The notes under the pieces are model-generated. The model did no database searches and was not told where the DNA came from. It saw nothing but the letters and a program-made list of their open reading frames with translations. Positions 55,558 to 62,826 of a stretch of 62,826 nucleotides of DNA are shown one piece after another. Each line of letters opens with the position of its first letter. Positions within the stretch are counted from its first letter, which is position 1. Made by a program: the position numbers and the translations under genes. Origin of the DNA: Nostoc sp. (GTDB lineage: Bacteria > Cyanobacteriota > Cyanobacteriia > Cyanobacteriales > Nostocaceae); contig JBALDB010000021.1 of the NCBI GenBank assembly GCA_036918135.1, forward strand, positions 1 through 62,826, given 5' to 3'.

Positions 55558-56514
55558 ATGCATCAGGGAATCGTGATTTCCCTCGGTAGCGTTAATGCCG
55601 ATTTTCAGGTGCGGGTCGATCGCCGCCCTGACTTGAGTGAAACGCTACTGGCACACGACTTTCTTCAACAGAGTGGTGGTAAAGCAGCAAATGTTGCCTA
55701 CCTGGCTCGCAAACTGGATGTGACTGCATTGCTGATTGCTCGTGTGGGTGACGATCCATTGGCTCAACAAGCATTACAACCTTTACGAGAGATAGGCGTT
55801 GACCTGCGCTATGTCCATACTGTTGCAGGCAAAGCTACGGGTGTTTCCATGATTACTGTTCCACCCGATGGCAAGAAGGGAATTATCTTAGCTGGAAATG
55901 CCAACGACGACTGGGCAGAGGAAGATGTGGCTGAAGTGGGTGCAGCAATTAGGGATGCGCCATTAGGCTCAGTCCTGGTAGTTGATTATGAGATTCCACC
56001 TTTTATTGTTCAGCACGCGATCGCCGCTGCCCATAAGCGAGACATGCCGATAATCCTCGATCCCTCGCCTGCACAACGAGTCGATGCTAAGTTGTTTCCC
56101 CAGGTAACTTACATCGTCCCAGATGCGGGTGAGGCAAAGAAGTTAACAGATATTGCCATCGACTCTGTGGATAATGCAGTCCAAGCCGCCCATTACTTTG
56201 TAGAACAGGGGGTAAAGAATGCCTGTGTCAAACTAGAAGATGGTGGCTGTGTTCTGGTGAACCGAGACATGACGCTGCATGTTCCCCCTATAAAGATAGA
56301 TGTTGTTGATGCGACTGGTGCAGGCGATGCCTTTGCCGGGGGGCTTGCTGTTGCTGTCCTAGAGCGTCGCTCATTGCAAGATGCTGCCTGTTTCGCTACC
56401 GCCGCCTCACATGCTGCCGTGACTAAGTATGGTTCCCAACCCGCCTACCCAACGCGATCGCAGCTCAACCCCTTATTTGAAAAACTCACCCAACATACCC
56501 ATGTCCTCTCCTAG
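55558..56514 (+). CDS. PfkB/ribokinase family sugar kinase
   Basis: GSVNAD, GGKAANVA and DATGAGDAFAG; AGGAG before ATG 55558. Confidence 0.92.
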   Translation: MHQGIVISLGSVNADFQVRVDRRPDLSETLLAHDFLQQSGGKAANVAYLARKLDVTALLIARVGDDPLAQQALQPLREIGVDLRYVHTVAGKATGVSMITVPPDGKKGIILAGNANDDWAEEDVAEVGAAIRDAPLGSVLVVDYEIPPFIVQHAIAAAHKRDMPIILDPSPAQRVDAKLFPQVTYIVPDAGEAKKLTDIAIDSVDNAVQAAHYFVEQGVKNACVKLEDGGCVLVNRDMTLHVPPIKIDVVDATGAGDAFAGGLAVAVLERRSLQDAACFATAASHAAVTKYGSQPAYPTRSQLNPLFEKLTQHTHVLS

Positions 56515-58915
56515 CAATTCTCACCCCTCGGACGATCCCTGGAGCATCGTCTTTGAGGGCTACAACCCTGAAGAAGAAGGTCGGCGGGAAGCCATATGTG
56601 CCTTGGGAAATGGTTATTTCGTTACCCGTGCAGCTGCACCGGAGGCCACAGCAGACAAAGTTCACTACCCTGGCACTTATCGGGCAGGTATTTACAATCG
56701 CTTGGTCAGTCAAGTCAATGGCGAGGAGGTAGCTGATGAGTCAATCGTCAATCTGCCCAACTGGTTGTCACTGACGTTTCGGATTGATGGTAATGAGTGG
56801 TTTTCGCTCGACGCAGTTGAGATTCTTGCCTATCGCCAGACTTTGCAGTTGCGGCAAGGTCTTCTCAGGCGCGAGGTGCAATTTCGCGATCGCCACGGAC
56901 GGCAAACAAAGTTGGAAGAACAGCGTTTTATCAGCATGGATCGACCGCATCTTGCTGGACTGCACATTGAGTTAACGGCAGAGAATTGGTCAGGCGATTT
57001 AGAAATTCGTTCGGCGATCGATGGGCGCGTTACTAACAACAATGTCCCTCGCTATGCACCATTCAATAACAAACATTTAGAGCCAGTTGCAACCGGAACG
57101 GTAGAGCCAGCTCACATTTGGTTGACAATGCGTACCTGTCAATCTCACATTGACATCGCAATGGCAGCAAGGACTCGCATCTTTATAGCTGGATATGAGA
57201 TTGATGGAGTGAGAATCTGGGACAACAATGAAGCTGAAGTTGCAGAGCAAATACACGTGCAGGTTGCTTGCGGTAAAACAGTTGCGATCGAAAAAATTGC
57301 TGCCCTTTACACCTCACACGATCCAGCAATTACTGAAAGCACAGAAGCCGCAAAACTGGCAATCCAACACGCTCCCAGCTTTGCCGAGCTGCTCAAAGCA
57401 CATCAGCGAGCTTGGGAGCGGCTCTGGCTGCGCTGCGACTTTGACCTCGACCCTGTAAAATATCTGGAAGCATCCCGCCTGCACATTTTTCATCTGCTGC
57501 AAACCGTCTCACCCCACACCGTTGACTTGGATGTTGGTATCCCGTCCCGCGGCTGGCACGGGGAAGATTATCGCGGACACATTTTCTGGGATGAAACTTT
57601 TGTGCTGGCATTTTTATCTTGTCGGTTTCCGGCGATCGTCCGCTCTATTTTGCTCTACCGCTACCGTCGTTTAGATGAAGCCCGACAATTGGCACGAGCG
57701 CACGGTTATCGAGGTGCCATGTTTCCTTGGCGTAGTGCCAGCACTGGGCGCGAGGAAACCCCCCGCTTTCAGTTCAATCTCCTGTCAGGCGGTTGGGCAC
57801 CAGACAACACTTTTTTGCAACACCATATTGGGATAATCATCGCCTACACGGTTTGGCACTACTACATTATGACCAACGACCAAGTATTCCTGAGCGATTG
57901 GGGTGCTGAACTGCTGATTGAAATTGCCCGTTTCTTTTCGAGTTTTGCCACCTATAACCCTAAACGCGATCGCTATGAAATTCTCAGTGTTGTTGGGCCA
58001 GACGAGTATCACACAGCCTATCCAGAGGCAAAAACTCCCGGTATCAATAATAATACTTATACTAATTTAATGGCAGTCTGGACTCTTTGCCGCGCCTGTG
58101 AAGCACTCGATCGCCTGTCGCCTTCTCGTCGCACTGAGCTTTGGCAAGTATTGGAACTAAGCCAAGATGAAATTGACCAGTGGGATGTCATCAGCCGCAA
58201 GATGTATGTCGGCTTTGTTAACAATGGGATTCTCAGCCAATATGAAGGGTTTGAACACCTGCAACCATTCGATTTACAACAATTCCACGAGCAGTATGGT
58301 AAGCAGCGAATTGAGTGGACACTACAGGCAAAAGGCGATGATATCAATCGTTATCAAATTAGCAAGCAAGCCGATGTTGCTGTTTTGTTTTTTCTGTTGA
58401 GCCAAAGCGAACTTAAAGCCCTTATGGAACGGCTAGGGTATTCCTTTGACTGCGAGCAGATGCAGCGCACGATCGCCTATCACCTCCAATACACTGCTCA
58501 TGAATCGAGCTTGTCCCGTCTAATTTATGCAGGGGCAACGGTAACGCTCGATTGCGATACTTCCTGGCAGCTATTTACGCAGGCACTATTTACAGATTGC
58601 TCTCATAGGAACAGTTCGGGTACAGAAACGGGAATCCATTTAGGTGCAATGGCGGGTACGCTACATATGCTACATCACTGCTACCTTGGCTTGAGTGCCT
58701 GTTATGGAACTCTCTACCTCGATCCATCGTTTCCGGTACACCTCAATCGGTTGTGTGTTAACTTGAATCATCAAGGTAACGATTTGCAAATTGAGATTAC
58801 GCAAAAGCATCTGGTGATTACAGCCACAGCCGAAAACAGTGAATCTGTAGAGCTAGTCTGCCAGGGAAAAACTGCAACTGTGCAACCTGGTACATCGGTT
58901 GTGATTTCTCTATAA
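56501..58915 (+). CDS. GH65 glycoside phosphorylase/hydrolase (trehalose/maltose type)
   Basis: LGNGY, YRGHIFWDE, GPDEYH, KQADV, HESSLS and GIHLGAM. Confidence 0.92.
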   Translation: MSSPSNSHPSDDPWSIVFEGYNPEEEGRREAICALGNGYFVTRAAAPEATADKVHYPGTYRAGIYNRLVSQVNGEEVADESIVNLPNWLSLTFRIDGNEWFSLDAVEILAYRQTLQLRQGLLRREVQFRDRHGRQTKLEEQRFISMDRPHLAGLHIELTAENWSGDLEIRSAIDGRVTNNNVPRYAPFNNKHLEPVATGTVEPAHIWLTMRTCQSHIDIAMAARTRIFIAGYEIDGVRIWDNNEAEVAEQIHVQVACGKTVAIEKIAALYTSHDPAITESTEAAKLAIQHAPSFAELLKAHQRAWERLWLRCDFDLDPVKYLEASRLHIFHLLQTVSPHTVDLDVGIPSRGWHGEDYRGHIFWDETFVLAFLSCRFPAIVRSILLYRYRRLDEARQLARAHGYRGAMFPWRSASTGREETPRFQFNLLSGGWAPDNTFLQHHIGIIIAYTVWHYYIMTNDQVFLSDWGAELLIEIARFFSSFATYNPKRDRYEILSVVGPDEYHTAYPEAKTPGINNNTYTNLMAVWTLCRACEALDRLSPSRRTELWQVLELSQDEIDQWDVISRKMYVGFVNNGILSQYEGFEHLQPFDLQQFHEQYGKQRIEWTLQAKGDDINRYQISKQADVAVLFFLLSQSELKALMERLGYSFDCEQMQRTIAYHLQYTAHESSLSRLIYAGATVTLDCDTSWQLFTQALFTDCSHRNSSGTETGIHLGAMAGTLHMLHHCYLGLSACYGTLYLDPSFPVHLNRLCVNLNHQGNDLQIEITQKHLVITATAENSESVELVCQGKTATVQPGTSVVISL

Positions 58916-59061
58916 TTCCAGATATTTTGTTAATTAGGTATAAAATTGCAGTGGGAAAGAATACTAATTTGTAATTCGTAATTAAGACACACTTTAAAAG
59001 ACATGATACAGACGGTTTTCGACACTTTACCCGAATTGTGAATTCTTCTTGAAAGCTGCGA

Positions 59062-59096
59062 TTAGCCCTTTGTCATTTGTATTCACAAAGGGCTAA
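59062..59096. terminator. Hairpin between convergent genes, probable bidirectional terminator
   Basis: TTAGCCCTTTGT / ACAAAGGGCTAA perfect 12-bp inverted repeat. Confidence 0.6.
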
Positions 59097-59141
59097 GGAC
59101 TAACTTTGCGAGTAGACATGCAAGTTTATTTGCATAAAAAC

Positions 59142-59852
59142 TTAAAAGCGATAGTTGCGATCGCGTACCCACATACTAATCGGTACTGCGCTTCCCTGGG
59201 GATCGACTTTCGCCTTCACCACAATCGGTGGTACTTGTCCTCTTCTAGCGCGTTGGGCTTGCAAGTCGTTTCTAATCTGCTGCCGTTGGTTTTCTGGAAT
59301 ATAATATGTTTCTAAACCGTAGTTGACGGAACCATCCTCATAGACACCTCTTAAGGCTGCTTGATTAGCTCTTAGGGAAGTGGGGCGCGAGCTACTGACT
59401 CGTAATGGTCTCCAAGCTCTAGGAACACCACCACCAAAAGATGGTTGCTCTTGTAAAGTCACGTAGATGTTGGTTCCTTCGGGCAATCTTCTGCCACTTC
59501 CACGACCTTTGCTGACTAACGTCTGCCAACCAGGCAGTCTACTCAAGTTAGCAGTCCGAGAAATGTTATAGTCTAAGGCGAGGCTATTTCCTTGTAGGGC
59601 ATCATTAGGATTTACGGGTACGGTTTGCAAAATCACCGTTTTACCCGTCACGTCTGTGTAAAGCGCTTGAGCTGGTACTGCCATAATTAGCGCTGTTTGC
59701 ACCGCCAATGGTGCTATTAACCGCCAAATAGGTAAGGGCTTATTCGATTTTTGTTCAGTAGCAATCAAGTAATCCCGAAAAGTCACTGTATTGGAAAATT
59801 CAGCTTCGGGAGACAAGGGTTTATTTTTAGATTCAGAAGAATTACTTGCCAT
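59142..59852 (-). CDS. GDYXXLXY domain membrane-anchored protein
   Basis: TGKTVILQTVPV.P...LQG....LDY and YGLETYYIPE; downstream of DUF2157. Confidence 0.85.
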   Translation of the reverse strand: MASNSSESKNKPLSPEAEFSNTVTFRDYLIATEQKSNKPLPIWRLIAPLAVQTALIMAVPAQALYTDVTGKTVILQTVPVNPNDALQGNSLALDYNISRTANLSRLPGWQTLVSKGRGSGRRLPEGTNIYVTLQEQPSFGGGVPRAWRPLRVSSSRPTSLRANQAALRGVYEDGSVNYGLETYYIPENQRQQIRNDLQAQRARRGQVPPIVVKAKVDPQGSAVPISMWVRDRNYRF

Positions 59853-60151
59853 GAGCGTAGTCCTAAAAAGCAGGGGGTAATGAGGAGGAGAAAAGTAACG
59901 AGATTAGGACTGACGCAGAGAAACTTTCACAATTTGAGATTTAAGTCGCACCTTTAGTGCATTGCTGCTACTTAGATTTTGGATTGAAATAAAAATCTCA
60001 AATCCAAAATTTGTAGAGTTAGAAGTCATTAAATTTTAGATTTGGAATTTTCGATTGCAGGAAAAATTGAAACTCCCAAATTATTAACGAATTGGTGAAT
60101 TCTGACTTCTTCGATCGTTTACACTACTTCTGACTTATAGACTTAGATGCA

Positions 60152-61546
60152 CTACTTTTGACGGCGTTCAAACCAAAGTCCAGCACTGATTAAAGCTGAA
60201 CCGCACAAAACAAAGACCAGGGACTTAAAAAGTAAGTCGGTATCGTACTCTTGTACCCGACTGATAATTTGCAGTGTTAATAACAGCATACCGCCCCAAA
60301 AGGAACTTCTGCTTTTTAATTTCAATCCTTCTTGAATTAGTCCCCAGGCTAATGTTGCTAGAAGTACATTGAAAATAAAAATCCCAAGTTCATCAATTCG
60401 GCTGATAGTTTGATGCCAAAAAGGTACTAAGACAATAAAGACAAGAAAAGTAGTAATCACAGCAGTCGTAAAAATCACTTCGCGGCGGGGAGGATTATTT
60501 CTTTGACGCAGTAGAAACAACCATTGGAACACCGCCAAGCCGCTGAGAATTCCCAAATCAATTATCGGCAGAGACTCGAATAAGTTTGTCAAAGTCGTTG
60601 GTTGATTATAACTATAATCTGAAGATTCCCAGACCCAACGAAAAGACAAGACATAGAAGACAACACCAAAGCTTACCAACGCTAAATTACGAGCCAGGAA
60701 TTGAAACAACCTGTAATTTATGGTTGGAAACAGCAAGTCATCATAACTCCAGAATAATGCAGGTGGAAGTGCAAAAGCAAAAGATGCCACCCAAGGGGCT
60801 ATATCAGCATAATTTAGCAGTGGGAGAGGATTGAGATTGGCTTGCAAAGAACTAGCAAAGACAAAGGCTGCTAGAGCGAAAATCCAACGCGATCGACACA
60901 AGTAAGCTAAAGGTACAAACACTAACCATGCCAACAGAGGCATGTGCTGCACTACTAGTCGCGACCAAGTTACTTGACTTGAAGAGTACCACAAATCTTC
61001 TAGCCCCGTCCAATAGCCAATTTCCACAAGGATAATAGACAGAATTCCTAAAGAATTTAAGAACAGACTATAGGCCATGACTACAACACCAAAGCCCCAA
61101 GCGAGAAACAGTTGGGAAATTGAGCCGCTAATATTGAACATCTGGGCCATCAGCAGTAGATTTGCACCGAAAATGAAAGCACTTAAAATTAGCAAACCCT
61201 CTCCCAGCGAACGTTTGCTTTGTTGTGGCTTTTTTGCTCCAGGTTGTCTCCAAGCATAAAAACCAACGATCGCCGTTGCAAAAAACAAGCTCATCAGCAG
61301 AATAAACTTGACTTCTCGTGAGCCTGACTGCCAGTTTGCTGCTACAAAAGTAATTATGCCTAAGCATAAAAGGATGCTGCCCATAGCAATTACCATTGCA
61401 ATAAAGCGATCGCGTGCAGCAGCTTCCAGGTTTTTAAATTGGTAACGTTCTGCTATTTGTTCGTACTGCGAAGAACTAATTATTCCTTCATCCCTCCATA
61501 ATTGTGCTTCTTTACGTAATTTTTGCCCAAAATTATCTGAGAACAT
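60152..61546 (-). CDS. DUF2157 family membrane protein
   Basis: W..EGII...Q, GIITFVAANW and L.AQMF.I motifs; many TM segments. Confidence 0.88.
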   Translation of the reverse strand: MFSDNFGQKLRKEAQLWRDEGIISSSQYEQIAERYQFKNLEAAARDRFIAMVIAMGSILLCLGIITFVAANWQSGSREVKFILLMSLFFATAIVGFYAWRQPGAKKPQQSKRSLGEGLLILSAFIFGANLLLMAQMFNISGSISQLFLAWGFGVVVMAYSLFLNSLGILSIILVEIGYWTGLEDLWYSSSQVTWSRLVVQHMPLLAWLVFVPLAYLCRSRWIFALAAFVFASSLQANLNPLPLLNYADIAPWVASFAFALPPALFWSYDDLLFPTINYRLFQFLARNLALVSFGVVFYVLSFRWVWESSDYSYNQPTTLTNLFESLPIIDLGILSGLAVFQWLFLLRQRNNPPRREVIFTTAVITTFLVFIVLVPFWHQTISRIDELGIFIFNVLLATLAWGLIQEGLKLKSRSSFWGGMLLLTLQIISRVQEYDTDLLFKSLVFVLCGSALISAGLWFERRQK

Positions 61547-61733
61547 GACCTTCTCCGGTGCAGTGGGGTAGCTTGGCCATTGCATTCCCAATGGCGGTCA
61601 TTATATTTTGAGTATGAAGCTAAAAGCCTTAATTACACTGTTCTTGTGTAACAGTTTTACTTGTATTCTGATACAACCAAATTAGTAAGAATTCAGAACT
61701 CATAATTTTGACCGCATTTATTTATATATCTAC

Positions 61734-62708
61734 ATGGAAAAACCTTCTAATTTATTACTTAAACTTTCGCGGCGTTTGTTTACTAATCTAGATGAACAAG
61801 AAAAATTTATTCAGGCATTAATAAATCCTCAGCCATTTCCATCTAGTATTCTTTGGTGTCAGAAAAAACCTGAATTTTTACCTTTTGCAGTGGAAACACC
61901 AACATATTGGCAACCACAATTTATAGACCGTTTACAGTTAGGAGAAAAACCTGGTCAACATTTACTGCATGAAAAAGGATATTTTTATTGTTTAGATTTT
62001 TCTTCAGTGTTTGCAGCTGCTACTTTGTTAGCTATTCCTCAGCCGATGGATTTGGTTTTTGATATGTGTGCTGCACCCGGAGGGAAAAGCATTTTTGCTT
62101 GGAAAGCTTTGCAACCTGATTTCCTGATCGGTAATGAAGTGATTGGCAAACGTCTGGGAATGCTAATTTCTAATTTGAAGCGTTGCCATATTAGTCCTAG
62201 TGCTGTAGTTAATAGAGATTCGAGTATATTTGCCGAAATTATCCCAGCTTCTAGCAACTTGGTAATAGTAGATGCTCCTTGTACTGGACAATCGCTACTT
62301 GCTAAGGGTGAAAAAGCACCTGGTTGTTTTCATCCAACTGCTATTAATAAAAGTGCAAATCGGCAAAAACGTATTATAGCTAACTCTGCCAAACTTGTCT
62401 CACTACAAGGATATCTAGCTTATATGACTTGTACCTATTCTCCAGAAGAAAATGAGCAAGTTTGTGAGTGGTTTTTGGAACGTTTTCCTAATTTTAAAGC
62501 GATAGAAGTTAGCCATTTAGCGAAATATCAGTCTCATTTAACTACAATACCTTGTTATCGAATGTTTCCTCAATATAGGTTAGGGGCTGGTGCGTTTACA
62601 GTACTATTTAAAAATACTAATCAAGGTGAAAGTAAAGAAATCAATTTAGATGCAATGTCTTCGTTATATATCTACCAAAATCTGAAGAATTCAACTGCGA
62701 TTAGTTAG
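61734..62708 (+). CDS. RsmB/RsmF (NOL1/NOP2/Sun) RNA m5C methyltransferase
   Basis: DMCAAPGGKS, VDAPCTG and YMTCTYSPEENE. Confidence 0.93.
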   Translation: MEKPSNLLLKLSRRLFTNLDEQEKFIQALINPQPFPSSILWCQKKPEFLPFAVETPTYWQPQFIDRLQLGEKPGQHLLHEKGYFYCLDFSSVFAAATLLAIPQPMDLVFDMCAAPGGKSIFAWKALQPDFLIGNEVIGKRLGMLISNLKRCHISPSAVVNRDSSIFAEIIPASSNLVIVDAPCTGQSLLAKGEKAPGCFHPTAINKSANRQKRIIANSAKLVSLQGYLAYMTCTYSPEENEQVCEWFLERFPNFKAIEVSHLAKYQSHLTTIPCYRMFPQYRLGAGAFTVLFKNTNQGESKEINLDAMSSLYIYQNLKNSTAIS

Positions 62709-62826
62709 TGGCGATGTAGCTTGCCAAATAGTACAGTAATCCTAAATAGGTTGTGAACAGTTACTCGTACATAAAAACCTTATTGAAGGAAAAAACTTGG
62801 TGATTAACAGCGAACTCAAACAAGAA

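Overview
Chromosomal segment of a heterocyst-forming (Nostoc-like) cyanobacterium, judged from dense HIP1 sites (GCGATCGC), heptamer repeats and small dispersed repeats. Core genes include hisC, purE, nagA, cobK, an aspartate aminotransferase, a TrmH methyltransferase, queF, an RsmB/F methyltransferase, tRNA-Val(GAC), tRNA-Leu(CAG) and the SRP RNA. The window also holds a mycosporine-like amino acid (MAA) sunscreen cluster (mysABCD, MFS transporter, mysH) flanked by a GT14 glycosyltransferase and a GNAT; a general-stress signalling cluster (CHASE3 hybrid kinase, CheR, CsbD, GlsB/YeaQ, REC-kinase, NarL regulator); and a sugar/redox stress block. The most striking unannotated signal lies just 3' of tRNA-Val: the protein-free skeleton of a type V-K CRISPR-associated transposon (CAST). 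It consists of a TGTACA left end with five TnsB-type sites, an 18-nt homing spacer exactly matching the tRNA behind a GTT PAM 60 bp from the insertion point, a residual repeat-spacer-repeat, and a second transposon end that cuts the last repeat. Other hidden items are a degenerate cobalamin riboswitch, a candidate new structured leader with a uORF before a DMT/HpxZ pair, a dehydrogenase inactivated by a 27-nt insertion into a HIP1 site, an internally deleted tyrosine phenol-lyase/tryptophanase gene, and RAYT and DUF1822 relics. All family calls come from motif recognition by eye; no searches were run.
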